Source of the DNA: an uncultured cyanobacterium
GTDB lineage: Bacteria > Cyanobacteriota > Cyanobacteriia > Cyanobacteriales > Cyanobacteriaceae
DNA: 64,000 nt
NCBI GenBank assembly: GCA_963749915.1
Contig: CAVVOP010000021.1
Span: 640,001-704,000 of the forward strand
Direction of reading: 5' to 3'
This document shows, one piece after another, positions 12,441 through 23,821 of this stretch. The notes under the pieces are model-generated. The model was not told the DNA's origin. It was given only the letters and a program-made list of their open reading frames with translations, and did no database searches. The translations under genes were made by a program, and so were the position numbers. Positions within the stretch are counted from its first letter, which is position 1. Each line of letters begins with the position of its first letter.

Positions 12441-13592
12441 TTATTTTTTGATCTCTTTAAGATTACGAATATCCCCCTGATAACCAAATACGTTTAAAAT
12501 AAGTGCTGCTTCTTCATAGGTCACGGGTTTCTGAGGTTGAAAGAGGGTCGTATAACTAAATGTTCGTCTGACATTAGAATCTTCTCCATTTTGCCAATCT
12601 ATATACAATTTTTGCCATGCTTGAGGTTTAATTTTAGCGGCATCTTGAAAACCCCATGTTTCTTTTATGGTATCAAGAGTGGCATTAGGTAATTTTTGTC
12701 GAAAATCTAAAGGCACTTTCCATGCAATTAAATCTTCTCTGGTTAAGGGTTTATCAGGCATAAAAGTGATGGCATTGGTATCTTGAGTTAAAGCAGAAGG
12801 AATTAAACCAGCTTCAGCTAAACCTTGAATAATGGCAAAATCAGGATCATTTTGAGGAATATCCGTAAAAACTGGCTTACTATCAGGATTAGCAAGGCGA
12901 ATTAATTTGCTATTTACGTCAGCATAGATGAGATTATTAATTTTAACTAACCAACGGGCATATTCTCTGCGAGTAATAATCTGATGGGGGTTTAACTTTT
13001 CTGTGGTGGGAAGAATCTGTAATCTTACTAATTCATCAAGGCTAGAAGAAGATTTATTGATGTTTGTTGTTGGGGGTAAAGTGACAGTATTTTCAGTCTT
13101 TGGAGAAGTTATAGGGGTTGGATTTTGGCTAGCAATTTCGTAGGTTAGAGAAAATTCTGTTTTGCCATTACTAGGGGTAACAGATAGTTTTAAGGATTGA
13201 TTTTGTTCTGGTTTTGAGGCTATAATTAAATTATCTTCAGACTGGGAAATATTCCATTTTTTAGCAGTCAATTCCTGCTTATAATATTCCACGATTAGGT
13301 TTAAAGGATCAACTGATGTCCAAATAGTTTGTTTTCCATCCACCGTAATCAATTTGGCTTGACTGTAAATGGGTATATCCGAAGGAAAATCATCGGGTAA
13401 TTTTACCGAATTACTACTAGTGTCAGGGTTATCAACAGGATTTTGTGTTTGGGTAGCAACATTAGTGGATGAGTTGCCATTAGACTTAAGTTCAGGATTG
13501 GGAGCAAAACGGGATTCTAAGGCTTGATTACCACTACAACCATTAACGAAAACTATTAAAAATGCAAATAATATATAACGAAATAAAATCAT
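12441..13592 (-). CDS. S-layer homology domain lipoprotein
   Basis: Lipobox VNGC; SLH-like FTDI...AIIQGLAEAGLI and FQPQKPVTYEEAA. Confidence 0.8.
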   Translation of the reverse strand: MILFRYILFAFLIVFVNGCSGNQALESRFAPNPELKSNGNSSTNVATQTQNPVDNPDTSSNSVKLPDDFPSDIPIYSQAKLITVDGKQTIWTSVDPLNLIVEYYKQELTAKKWNISQSEDNLIIASKPEQNQSLKLSVTPSNGKTEFSLTYEIASQNPTPITSPKTENTVTLPPTTNINKSSSSLDELVRLQILPTTEKLNPHQIITRREYARWLVKINNLIYADVNSKLIRLANPDSKPVFTDIPQNDPDFAIIQGLAEAGLIPSALTQDTNAITFMPDKPLTREDLIAWKVPLDFRQKLPNATLDTIKETWGFQDAAKIKPQAWQKLYIDWQNGEDSNVRRTFSYTTLFQPQKPVTYEEAALILNVFGYQGDIRNLKEIKK

Positions 13593-13899
13593 CTAAATTT
13601 GTTTTAATTACGATCAACAGTTAACATAACCACATTTTCACCTCAACTATTGCTTAATATCAAGGGTGGATATTTACCTATTACCTACTGTTTATCGTCA
13701 ATGGTTCAAGCATTGCGTACATTATATCATGGATTGTTTGAAAATTTTATGATGATTTAAAAATAAACAAATTTTTCAACAAGACAAAGAAAAAACAAAA
13801 AATCTGAGCTAAAGTATAGTTAAAAGTTACATTGGAAGTGACGACTTTAAATCTTTTTTTTTGACTCTTGCTCCAACTTTAATCTTAAATTAGCATAAG

Positions 13900-14733
13900 A
13901 TGACTTTACTACATCTATCCTTTGATAAAATTTTAGGTAGTTTTTTTACTGCTTTAATTGCAGAAGGTTTAACTAATAATGGAGATAAAAATATCGTTAT
14001 GTTAGGCAATAACTATTATCCCTTAACTATTGTTTTTGATATCTTAAAAAGTTTAACTGATGATGTAATAATCGATGAACAATTGTTAGTGAGTCAATTT
14101 AAAAATTTAAGTGCAACTGAAATTTCGATCGCCCTTTTCCCCTCAATTATTTATAATTATCAAAGCCCCGAAAAATTGGCGCAACAATTAGCCATAATTA
14201 GTGAGAATGGTTGCTACTCAAAAGTTAGCGAAGATGGTGTCATAGTCTTTATAATTATAGTTAACCTTATACTTAGCAAGCAGTTAGAATTGAAGCAGAT
14301 AACCCCTCAGATAATGCCTTACTTAGAAGATAAAAAACAAGAAACAATTAACCACCTTCAATTAATAGATAAAATGATAATAGATAAGCACTTACTAACG
14401 GAAGTTGACTGTATATTTAGGCAAAAATTTAGAAAAGATTTTCAAGGAATTTATCAGGGCTTATATTCTTTTTTTTCTTACCCATCTAATTTCGAAAATT
14501 CTCTACTAAGAAGCACTTATTTTTCTCAAGAATCTCAATCAACAGCTATTTTAACAGGATATTTATTAGGTTTATATCACGGTTATCTTAATATACCTCA
14601 TCAATGGCGATTGCACAGTTCTCCCCCATCATCGCAAATACAATTAAATCCCAAAATAAAAGAAATAGTAATATTAACTAAAAAACTTGTTGCTAATTGG
14701 CAAGGAAAAATGGACAATCAAGAAAGGAAATAA
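13900..14733 (+). CDS. Divergent ADP-ribosylglycohydrolase-family protein
   Basis: C-terminal TAILTGYLLGLYHGYLNIPHQW motif; catalytic DD motifs not evident. Confidence 0.6.
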   Translation: MTLLHLSFDKILGSFFTALIAEGLTNNGDKNIVMLGNNYYPLTIVFDILKSLTDDVIIDEQLLVSQFKNLSATEISIALFPSIIYNYQSPEKLAQQLAIISENGCYSKVSEDGVIVFIIIVNLILSKQLELKQITPQIMPYLEDKKQETINHLQLIDKMIIDKHLLTEVDCIFRQKFRKDFQGIYQGLYSFFSYPSNFENSLLRSTYFSQESQSTAILTGYLLGLYHGYLNIPHQWRLHSSPPSSQIQLNPKIKEIVILTKKLVANWQGKMDNQERK

Positions 14734-14742
14734 ACAAAAAAA

Positions 14743-15129
14743 TTGACAATGAGAGCGAATTTATCATTAACAGAATTAGACAACGAACTATCGAAAAGAG
14801 GTATACCGTTAGATCCTAAAGGCTACTTTATTATATATTTAAACCGAAAAGATGGATTAATCTGTGCAGATCATTACACAAACACCATTAATGATCGAGG
14901 ATTAGCCGTTGACCCAGATACCGGGGAAGTGATCGCCTGTAAAGGTAGTAAACCGAGAACACCAACTCAAACTTTTACGGGTAGGACAGCGAAAGAAATT
15001 TGTGTTAACTTGCTAGAAAAAACCCAATCTACTCCTTTGAGTCTGTTAGATCATGCCGCTTATTTAGGTAGGGAATTTATGCGTGCAGAATTCGCCTTAA
15101 AAACTGGTGAGGAATATACTCAGGACTAG
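14743..15129 (+). CDS. DUF4346 domain protein
   Basis: LDPKGYFII, GRTAKE, LDHAAYLGRE...YTQD. Confidence 0.85.
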   Translation: MTMRANLSLTELDNELSKRGIPLDPKGYFIIYLNRKDGLICADHYTNTINDRGLAVDPDTGEVIACKGSKPRTPTQTFTGRTAKEICVNLLEKTQSTPLSLLDHAAYLGREFMRAEFALKTGEEYTQD

Positions 15130-15252
15130 ATTTTTAGAAAAATCGAGATAAAAGGAAACAAAACAAAAGTAAAAGTTTCAATATTTAAGAATTAATTTTT
15201 AAGGTTTACCTCACCATATATAAATGTACAAATCCAACAAAATTATTACCGA

Positions 15253-15519
15253 TTGATGATTAAAAAGTTACTAATCTTTCTCATCACCTGTTACCGTCAT
15301 TTGATATCTCCTCTATTTCCCCCTAGTTGTCGATTTCAGCCTACTTGTTCAGAATACGCCTTAACGGCGATCGCACATTATGGCACAGTAAAAGGCGGTT
15401 GTTTAGCCACAAAAAGAATTTGTCGTTGTCACCCCTTCCATCCCGGCGGTTACGACCCTGTTCCTTCTTTGTCAGATAGATTCATGTCAATTTCTGATTC
15501 AGGAGAAATAAATAAATAA
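15253..15519 (+). CDS. yidD: Membrane protein insertion efficiency factor
   Basis: [18 protein letters not shown]...[17 protein letters not shown]. Confidence 0.95.
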   Translation: MMIKKLLIFLITCYRHLISPLFPPSCRFQPTCSEYALTAIAHYGTVKGGCLATKRICRCHPFHPGGYDPVPSLSDRFMSISDSGEINK

Positions 15520-15582
15520 ATTAAAAGTTAGTAGATCACTAACTCAAATATTAATGGTCAATTGTTAATCGTCAATTATCAA

Positions 15583-17166
15583 TTATTTTCTAAACATTTT
15601 AAGCATTCTCTGGGTAACTAAAAATCCTCCAGAAATGTTAATTGTGCCGACTAAAATGGCGATCGCACCTAGTATAGTCGTAGGAGAAGTTAATTCACCA
15701 GAAATCTGCAACATCCCACCGATGATAATAATTCCACTGATGGCGTTAGTCACACTCATCAGGGGCGTATGTAAAGCAGGGGTGACATTCCAAATCACTT
15801 GCCAACCGACAAACACGGCCAGAATAAAGACAGTAAAATGAGACAGAAAGGAAGAAGGCGCACTAATGCCGATACCAACTAAAGCTAAAACCGCCAAAAT
15901 TGCCCACAATAAATCGCTATTACTTTTCTTCTCTTTCTTACCCTCAGAAGTAACAATTTTTGCTTCCGGTTTAACAGTAGTTGTCGGGGAAGGTTGAGCA
16001 ATTTTTGGAGGAGGAAAAGTCACATCTCCTTGATAGGTTACTAAAGCACCTCTAATTACCTCATCCTCAAGATTAACGGTGTAGTTATCATTACCCCCCA
16101 TATCCTTAAGTAAATGCCATAAATTAGTACCGTAAAGCTGACTAGACTGACTTGCCATGCGACTAGGTAAATCCGTTAAGCCAATAATAGTTACACCTTC
16201 ATATTGATAAACCTCGTTAGGTTTTGTAACCTCACAGTTACCCCCTTGTTCGGCGGCTAAGTCGACGATAACAGAACCTTGACGCATACTACGCACCATC
16301 GGCTCGGTAATTAGTTTCGGTGCTGGTTTACCCGGAATTAAGGCGGTAGTAATAATAATATCAACTTCTTCCGCTTGTTCGGCAAATAAAGCCATTTCCG
16401 CCTCGATAAATTCCTTACTCATGATTTTAGCGTAACCGCCTTCCCCTGAGCCATCTTCAGCAAATTCTAACTCTAAAAATTCCCCTCCCAAACTCTCGAT
16501 TTGCTCTTTTACTACCAATCTAGTATCAAAAGCCCTTACAATTGCCCCTAAACTTTTGGCTGTGCCAATGGCGGATAAACCTGCTACCCCGGCACCGATT
16601 ACTAAAACCTTCGCAGGAGGCACTTTTCCCGCTGCCGTAATTTGCCCTGTAAAAAACCTTCCAAAGTTATTGGCCGCTTCGATTACAGCCCGGTAACCGG
16701 CTATATTTGCCATACTGGATAAGGCATCTAATTTTTGCGCCCGACTGATACGAGGCACTGCATCCATAGCGAATACTGTCGCTTTTTTCTGGCTTAATTC
16801 TGCTAGTAATTCCGTATTTTGGGAAGGGTAAATAAAGCTAATAAGGGTTTTACCTTCGCTTAAAAGGTTAACTTCTTCGGGTTGAGGGGGGCGCACTTTG
16901 AGGATAATATCCCCTTCCTGCCATAATTCTTCTCTATTGTGAATGATTTTACATCCTATTTGCTCGTAAGCTCCATCGCCAAAACTAGCTTTTTTGCCTG
17001 CATTAGATTCTATTAACACAGTGAAACCCAGTTTTTGCAATTTTGTGGCTGTATCTGGGGTAGCAGAAACTCGACATTCGTTGGCATAAATTTCTCTAGG
17101 AATCGCTATTTTTAAGGACTTTTGTTGAGAATCAATTTTTTTCTCATTGGTGAGAGTTGCTGTCAT
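15583..17166 (-). CDS. pntA: NAD(P) transhydrogenase subunit alpha
   Basis: RISRAQKLDALSSM, GAGVAGL, LHTPLMSVTNAISG. Confidence 0.97.
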   Translation of the reverse strand: MTATLTNEKKIDSQQKSLKIAIPREIYANECRVSATPDTATKLQKLGFTVLIESNAGKKASFGDGAYEQIGCKIIHNREELWQEGDIILKVRPPQPEEVNLLSEGKTLISFIYPSQNTELLAELSQKKATVFAMDAVPRISRAQKLDALSSMANIAGYRAVIEAANNFGRFFTGQITAAGKVPPAKVLVIGAGVAGLSAIGTAKSLGAIVRAFDTRLVVKEQIESLGGEFLELEFAEDGSGEGGYAKIMSKEFIEAEMALFAEQAEEVDIIITTALIPGKPAPKLITEPMVRSMRQGSVIVDLAAEQGGNCEVTKPNEVYQYEGVTIIGLTDLPSRMASQSSQLYGTNLWHLLKDMGGNDNYTVNLEDEVIRGALVTYQGDVTFPPPKIAQPSPTTTVKPEAKIVTSEGKKEKKSNSDLLWAILAVLALVGIGISAPSSFLSHFTVFILAVFVGWQVIWNVTPALHTPLMSVTNAISGIIIIGGMLQISGELTSPTTILGAIAILVGTINISGGFLVTQRMLKMFRK

Positions 17167-17469
17167 AAGTTATTTTTCTTTAAGTTTCTATATCTTGACA
17201 TGGTAAAGCCATTATCAAATTTTGGCAGTTAATTTAAACTTCTCTTAGTAATGAAGGGCTTTTTTTAACAATTCTTTACCTTAAGTTTTTGATTTATTGT
17301 GGACCGTAAGGCCTCTAACATTCTATGTAGACTTGCAACAAAGGTTCTGTCAAAAATACTTGTGCATCAGCCCGATTTATTTTGCAACCTATAATCGATT
17401 AGGCACTTCTAGCATTTGAGTACAAGCTTAATAGCACCAGCAACTTAGAAATGACCATCTTCTAAAATT

Positions 17470-17563
17470 AAGTAAGTGGGACAAATCAAAGATAAAATGA
17501 CTGCGCCTGAACCCCTTGCAGTGCATGAAAAGTCTCCTCGGTTTAATTCCCCCTACCTACTTA
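17470..17563. repeat. Short element with TAAGTA...TACTTA inverted ends
   Basis: Ends resemble those of the 3544-3680 element. Confidence 0.4.
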
Positions 17564-17894
17564 AAATATCGTGATTATTTGGAGGTTTTGATCGGATGAC
17601 GGAGAAATTGGTAGCGTAGTGTGGATAACTCCCCATGCAGGAAGGGCGTTGCGGTGGATGGTCTTTCGTTTCGGTGGAGGGTAGTCTACTGGCTGAAAGA
17701 CCTTACGAATGGCATGTGGGAGCGGCAAGTACACGGAATCAACTGCTGACCACTATTGAGACTAATCCAGATAAGGCGGTTAAAGCCTATCAAACGGGAA
17801 ATTTAGTCGGAGGCTTGCCCCATAAAGATCAGCCTTGTCTTCATCATTAAATTGGATATACTTTGAACGGGTGAAAAATGGACTTTTTTTGATG

Positions 17895-18080
17895 TTATTT
17901 AGAGTATCTTTTCAGAGCTTCAGCTTTTTGCAGACGTCTGGGGCAAGTCAGGAAATCCTTATTGAGACATTCCTCCTTTAGACAGTCAAATTCACAAGCC
18001 GCAATATCTGCAGGAACTTCAGTAGCAAAAAAAATACGGATTTTTTCAAAAAGTAAGCGAATCATTAGCTTTACCCCCAA
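17895..18080 (-). CDS. Small Cys-rich hypothetical protein
   Basis: EVPADIAACEFDC-x3-C-x7-CPRRL pattern suggests a real metal-binding miniprotein. Confidence 0.5.
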   Translation of the reverse strand: MGVKLMIRLLFEKIRIFFATEVPADIAACEFDCLKEECLNKDFLTCPRRLQKAEALKRYSK

Positions 18081-18374
18081 CTTTCTATCTACTTATCTTA
18101 TTGGCATTATATCCAGAAACTTTTCGAATATGACCTAAAGCTTCGTAAAATTATACATGGGGATCTACTCCCGCATCTTCCATCCATTGGGCAGCAATGT
18201 CAACTCCTTCGATTATTAGGTTTAGTTGATAAGCGTGGATGTTTCTAAGAAGTAATAAATAATTAACTATCAATTATCAACTGTCAACTATTCGCTACCA
18301 TGACTTGGTATGATTTATTAATTATTATTTAATATTTCTTAAGGTTCATATTTCAATTTATTCTAATTAACACC

Positions 18375-20390
18375 ATGATTGACGGTAAAATAGTAAGTTT
18401 AGGTAAAGGAATTCAAAAATTACTACTTTTAGGGGTTGTTCTTTCCTCTCCTACGGTTGGCGCCCAAAATATTCCTTCTGCATCAGATCTTAGGCCAAAG
18501 CCCATCTCTTTTCCATCGGTTAGGACAGGGAAATCTCGCCCTATCCAAGCCCCTTTACCTTTAAATAGTTCTTCTCAAAAAGAGATTGAGCAAATGGTGC
18601 GAGAATTGGAAGATTTAATCCATCGAGTCGAAAGTACTTTAATTACTGCGGAGGCAAAACAACTTCAATATAGTGAGCCTATGACTACCGTTGCTGATTA
18701 TCTCCTCAAAAATCCCCCTAAATCTAATATCTACAACAAAGAAAATAAAAGTAATCAGCATTTTAGTAATAACAAAGCCTCTGAAGCTATCGCCAATGCC
18801 CGACAAGTAGTTCAGGATTTTCCCATTTTAGCTTTACGAAATTATAGTCAAGCCCGACAAACATGGTTGGATGCCCGTCGTAGTTTATGGGATCATTACC
18901 CTATCGATCGCCATTTTGCCCAACCAGAAGTAAGGGCTATGTGGTTAGATCGAGGTACTATTGTCAAAGCTAGGTCAAAACAAGATCTAGCACCTTTATT
19001 TGATCGCATGGCGGAGGCAGGAATTAATACGGTATTTTTTGAGACCGTTAATTCTAGTTACACTATTTATCCTAGTAGGGTAGCCCCTGAACAAAACCCC
19101 ATGACCAGGGGATGGGATCCTCTTCAGGCCTCCATTGAATTAGCCCATGAAAGGGGCATGGAGTTACACGCTTGGACATGGATTTTCGCCGCTGCCAATC
19201 AAGGTCATAATCGTATTTTAGGACAACCAGAAAATTATTCAGGACCTGTTTTGTCTCGTAATCCTAGTTGGGTGTTAAAAGATCAAAATGGTAAGGGGTT
19301 TAATCGTACTCCGGGATTTAAAAAAGCGTTTTTAGATCCAGCAAATCCCCAAGTTAGACGTTACTTATTGGCTTTATTAGAAGAAATTGCCACTAATTAT
19401 GATGTGGATGGTATTCAACTAGACTATATTCGCTATCCTTTTCAAGATTCAACAACCAAGCAACATTTTGGTTATACAGATGTTAGTCGGGAATTATTTA
19501 AAAAAACTTACGGTGTTGACCCGAAAAAGATTAAACCTTCTTCTCCTGCTTGGGCGCAATGGACTGGTTTTCGGATTCGGCAAATCACTAGCTTTGTGTC
19601 CGAAAGTTCACGAAGACTTAAAGCTAAACGTCCTGATTTAGTTATCTCTGCGGCGGTATTTCCCATGGAACGTCGTCAGCGTTTATTGACTTTACAACAA
19701 CATTGGGAAGATTGGATTTATAATGGTTCGGTCGATATGATGGTATTGATGACTTATGCGTTAAATACAGGCAGTTTTGAAGATCGCACGGCATCACTAT
19801 CTGAATTTTCGGCTAAAAATCCTAGTTTAATTATTCCGGGCATTCGCTTGTTAAATGTACCTAATGCGGAAGCCTTTGATCAAATACAATCAGTTCGCAA
19901 TATGCCTTCTGGGGGTTTTGCCTTATTCGCCGCCGAAAATTTTAATACCGGCTTAGGGACAATGTTCAAACAAACCCAGGGTAATCCGTCAGAAATATTA
20001 GAACCTTTACCCCATCGTCAACCATTTCAAACTGCCGTCGCCCGTTATCAGGCTTTACAAACAGAATGGAATTTTATGTTATTAAATCGTCAAATGACCA
20101 TTGATCCTCGTTCTCTCAAGGAATGGTCTCAACGGGCAGATCAACTAGGCGATCGCCTCAAAACATTAGCGGAAAATCCCACCACTAATAATTTAATAGT
20201 CGCCCAAAAAGAATTATCTTCCTTAAGAGGGAAATTATCAAGCTACTTAGGGAAATATAAACAACAACAACCCTTACAACTAGATACATGGACGAATCGA
20301 CTGATCACCCTAGAAAATTTACTAGAATACGGAGAAAGAACTGTTATTACCAACCAACTCCAAAATAATAGTATTTCCACTATCAAGTAA
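18375..20390 (+). CDS. Glycoside hydrolase-like family 10 (DUF187) protein
   Basis: EVRAMWLD, WDPL...AHERGMELHAW, YDVDGIQLDYIRYP. Confidence 0.88.
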   Translation: MIDGKIVSLGKGIQKLLLLGVVLSSPTVGAQNIPSASDLRPKPISFPSVRTGKSRPIQAPLPLNSSSQKEIEQMVRELEDLIHRVESTLITAEAKQLQYSEPMTTVADYLLKNPPKSNIYNKENKSNQHFSNNKASEAIANARQVVQDFPILALRNYSQARQTWLDARRSLWDHYPIDRHFAQPEVRAMWLDRGTIVKARSKQDLAPLFDRMAEAGINTVFFETVNSSYTIYPSRVAPEQNPMTRGWDPLQASIELAHERGMELHAWTWIFAAANQGHNRILGQPENYSGPVLSRNPSWVLKDQNGKGFNRTPGFKKAFLDPANPQVRRYLLALLEEIATNYDVDGIQLDYIRYPFQDSTTKQHFGYTDVSRELFKKTYGVDPKKIKPSSPAWAQWTGFRIRQITSFVSESSRRLKAKRPDLVISAAVFPMERRQRLLTLQQHWEDWIYNGSVDMMVLMTYALNTGSFEDRTASLSEFSAKNPSLIIPGIRLLNVPNAEAFDQIQSVRNMPSGGFALFAAENFNTGLGTMFKQTQGNPSEILEPLPHRQPFQTAVARYQALQTEWNFMLLNRQMTIDPRSLKEWSQRADQLGDRLKTLAENPTTNNLIVAQKELSSLRGKLSSYLGKYKQQQPLQLDTWTNRLITLENLLEYGERTVITNQLQNNSISTIK

Positions 20391-20504
20391 AAAATGTGAG
20401 TTCGGTTTAAAGACAGGTTTTACTCATTGGTAAGTCGTTTTGTAGGGATTAATCACATGAAAGATGAATAATAAATCACTAAGATAAGCAGTACTTTTAC
20501 GATT

Positions 20505-21272
20505 ATGTTAATACAATTATATTTTTATTTAATTCTTTTTCTATCGATCGCAATCATAACCTTACATTTATTACCAAAACTGGGAGAAGCAGGAAAAACG
20601 GCTTCTGATTTTTTTTGTTGTGCCCCCGGTATTGATTTAGTACTAGTCTACTTTATGCTTATACCCATTGCTGTAGGCTCGATCATTGATGGTTGGCAAG
20701 GCGTCGGTGTGGGTTTACTCGCAGAAATTAGCACTTTATGGATTTGGATTTTTGCCCATGAATCCATACATCGAAAACCAACTACGAACATTCATGGTAC
20801 ACTTAGTCGCATAGTCGGAGGATGGCGAAATCATCTTGCCGTCTGGATTACCGCTTTAGCTATTCCCGTGTTTTGGTTCGTACGTTTTGCTCAAATCATC
20901 GTTTATCCCCCCCTAACTTGGTTGGTAAAATTACCTAAGTATGAAACTAAAGATTGGGTCAATGTTTCTCGTCAAAAATTTGAAGGTTTAATTGGCTATG
21001 ATTTGATTTGGTGTCTATATTGTGATTGGATGACAGGAGTGTGGTCACTGGGGACAGAAATGCTCCGTAATGTAGAATCTTTTTGGTGTCCTATTAGATT
21101 TTACTCTGAGAAGAAGTGTGAAAATTGTCGGATTGATTTCCCTGACGTGCAAAACGGCTGGATTTCTGCCGATGGAAATATTGAAGATGTTGCCAAACTT
21201 TTAGAGAAAAAATACACAGCTACTCAAGAGGAGAGATCTTGGTTTGGTCATTCTTGTCGTGAGGATAATTAA
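20505..21272 (+). CDS. Conserved hypothetical membrane protein
   Basis: Several TM segments, then WCLYCDW...VESFWCPI motif. Confidence 0.75.
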   Translation: MLIQLYFYLILFLSIAIITLHLLPKLGEAGKTASDFFCCAPGIDLVLVYFMLIPIAVGSIIDGWQGVGVGLLAEISTLWIWIFAHESIHRKPTTNIHGTLSRIVGGWRNHLAVWITALAIPVFWFVRFAQIIVYPPLTWLVKLPKYETKDWVNVSRQKFEGLIGYDLIWCLYCDWMTGVWSLGTEMLRNVESFWCPIRFYSEKKCENCRIDFPDVQNGWISADGNIEDVAKLLEKKYTATQEERSWFGHSCREDN

Positions 21273-21495
21273 TTTTTAAATGTAAAATTAACTCCCATAA
21301 AGGTTTATGAAATTTTCCTTCTGAATTTCCCTCTTCACTTCATTAGTTGTACAATACTTATCCAGTCTTCCAAGTATAGAAGAAAGAAGACGAACGTCTT
21401 CAAAAGCAGGGTATTGCCAAAAAAAATGAACTTATCGATTAATTTTATTTTAAAATTAAAATCTCGTCAGTTTTTACTTTTTAGTTGCACATCCC

Positions 21496-23646
21496 GTGAC
21501 TTATCAAAAATTATTTAGCAAAAAAAATCTCAGGCTGAGTATTAAATATATCTTAATTATCTTATTAAGTTTTAGTTTAACTTTAACAATTCCCACTATT
21601 GCCAAAGCTCAAATATCATTGTTAAATGCAGATAGTAATGGGGAAAGTCAATTTTATCCTTGGTGGAAGTTACAAAAAACTAGAGTTTGTGGCAAATTAT
21701 GGTGTTCAGATATTAGTTTTCCTTATTTTCCTTATGCAAGTATCGCAAGCAAATTAAACTTAGAAGACACTTTTACCATTGCCTCAAGATCTAATTTAGA
21801 AGATCCTCAAACTAGTGCTAATGAATTAGAAATTCGTGCCACTGTCATCGAACAAACTTGGTTATCTTTATATCGAAGAATTATCAGAAATGCTCAAAAT
21901 CTGTCTAATCAAAATGAAAAAAATAAACCACAAGAATTAGAACTTAAACCACAAGATTGGCTGGTATTCGAAAATAAACCATTGCATCCTTTAACACCGA
22001 AAATCGAAGTAGGAATAAAAAATGATCAAACAGTTATTTTTGTACCAACACAACCAAAATTAGGTTTATCGACAGAAACCATTGTTACTGTTAACGAAGA
22101 TGATTCCATTTACAATGGCAAACCTATTGATGAGTTAGCTAATCAATGGCGTAATCTTATTCAAGAAGATTTAAGTCAAGCATTATGGGGTTATCAATTT
22201 GATCAGTTTTTTCCTTGGGGAAGACCAAGTATTATCGGCATAATTTTAGTCTTAACAATCATACCTCTTCTCTTCATAACTATTTTTATACATTTAATCC
22301 GGAACTTAGACCGTCAATTTAAGCTAAAAATCAAAGAACTACAAGAATTGGCTAAACAAAAACAACAGGCCTCCTTTTATAATCAATCTGAATCTGATAC
22401 TCCAATAACATTAGATCCAGAACAACAAGAAAGAACAATAATTAGTGAAGAAAAAGATAACATAAACATAAATATTGAGAAAGAAAATAACTTAAATATT
22501 CAACCCCAAGTCCATAATACTAATAACAACAAAGGGTTGTCATTTAGCTCACCTTCACTTGCTAAATTAAATCCTATTTTTCAAAAAATTCAAGAATCTA
22601 TTTTAACCAAAATCCATCATTTAACTGAAGATTTACCAACGATTTCTTTAGGTTATCAAAATCTAATTAAGCAGTTAAGAAATTTAACAGTATTTTTACT
22701 TCAATTTTTAAATTGGCTTCGCTTTTTACTAATGTTCTTGGGTTTGGCATTAATAGTTAGTGTTTATCCCAATACGAGAATTAGTTCCTTCTTTTTTCTG
22801 GCACAAGCAATATTTTTACCTCTGATTTGGATGTTGGTTAGTTTGGGAGATACAATTACTTCTTTTGTCATTGATTATTATCTGAATAGATGGGCAAAAG
22901 AAGCTCAACTAGCAGATCCTAATTCTAATCGTTATACCTTAAGAGTAACCACCTATTCTCCTGCCTTAAAAGGTGCTAGTAGTTTTTTATTTATAGTTAT
23001 TGGTATTGTTCTAACTATTCAACTTTTTGGCATAGATCCCAGTGTACTAGCTGGTGCAGGAGGAGCGGCTTTATTAGTTGGTTTTTTAGCTCGTAATGTC
23101 TTAGAAGATATGCTTAATGGTGTCTTAATTTTATGGACAGATCGCTATGCTATTGGAGATGTTATTAGCGTGGGTAGTGTCGGTGGTTTTGTGGAAAATA
23201 TGAACCTTTATACTACTCAAATAAGAGGAGCTGAAGGTTGTTTAATTACTATTCCCAATGGACAAATTACTCTAGTTGAAAATAAGACAAAAGATTGGTC
23301 AAGAGTTGAATTTAAGATTGAAATTTCTGTTAATTCAGATCCAGTTAAAGCTATTCAAATTTTAAAAGAAGTGGGAGAAGAATTACAACAAGAACCAGAC
23401 TGGAAAGAATTAATTCTAGAGCCTGTTAATATTTTAGGAATAGATCAAGTTTCTCATCAAGGCATATTAATTCAAGTTTGGATCAAAACCCAGCCGATGA
23501 AACAATGGGCTGTGGGTAGAGAATATCGTTTGAGAGTCCAACAAAGATTTAAAACCGAAGGAATTGAATTAGGTATTCCTCAACGTCAAATTCGGCATCG
23601 AGGAAGTTCATCTTTAGAAGATGAGCGAGATAGCGGGTTAGTCTAG
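21496..23646 (+). CDS. Mechanosensitive ion channel (MscS family)
   Basis: DRYAIGDVI...GFVENMNLYTTQIR...ITIPNG; long N-terminal extension. Confidence 0.9.
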   Translation: MTYQKLFSKKNLRLSIKYILIILLSFSLTLTIPTIAKAQISLLNADSNGESQFYPWWKLQKTRVCGKLWCSDISFPYFPYASIASKLNLEDTFTIASRSNLEDPQTSANELEIRATVIEQTWLSLYRRIIRNAQNLSNQNEKNKPQELELKPQDWLVFENKPLHPLTPKIEVGIKNDQTVIFVPTQPKLGLSTETIVTVNEDDSIYNGKPIDELANQWRNLIQEDLSQALWGYQFDQFFPWGRPSIIGIILVLTIIPLLFITIFIHLIRNLDRQFKLKIKELQELAKQKQQASFYNQSESDTPITLDPEQQERTIISEEKDNININIEKENNLNIQPQVHNTNNNKGLSFSSPSLAKLNPIFQKIQESILTKIHHLTEDLPTISLGYQNLIKQLRNLTVFLLQFLNWLRFLLMFLGLALIVSVYPNTRISSFFFLAQAIFLPLIWMLVSLGDTITSFVIDYYLNRWAKEAQLADPNSNRYTLRVTTYSPALKGASSFLFIVIGIVLTIQLFGIDPSVLAGAGGAALLVGFLARNVLEDMLNGVLILWTDRYAIGDVISVGSVGGFVENMNLYTTQIRGAEGCLITIPNGQITLVENKTKDWSRVEFKIEISVNSDPVKAIQILKEVGEELQQEPDWKELILEPVNILGIDQVSHQGILIQVWIKTQPMKQWAVGREYRLRVQQRFKTEGIELGIPQRQIRHRGSSSLEDERDSGLV

Positions 23647-23821
23647 GGTGCGACCTCAATATAATACTCAGAATAATACTTTCAAGAAACAGATTCGCTA
23701 TCCCACAGTTATTTGATGCACGACCGATAACTGTTCACGTTATTTAATCCTGATCTTTTCATAGTAAACTAAGGTTATAGTCGACTCTGACTATTTAAAA
23801 ATATTTTTAGACAAAACCCCA

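Noticed and set aside
15583..17166. pntA without adjacent pntB as an anomaly
   Set aside because: Unlinked pntA and pntB is known in cyanobacteria such as Synechocystis.
17635..17850. 71-aa ORF with a faint NifB/NifX-like tail (TIETNPDKAVKAY)
   Set aside because: Similarity is too short to support; at most a gene remnant.
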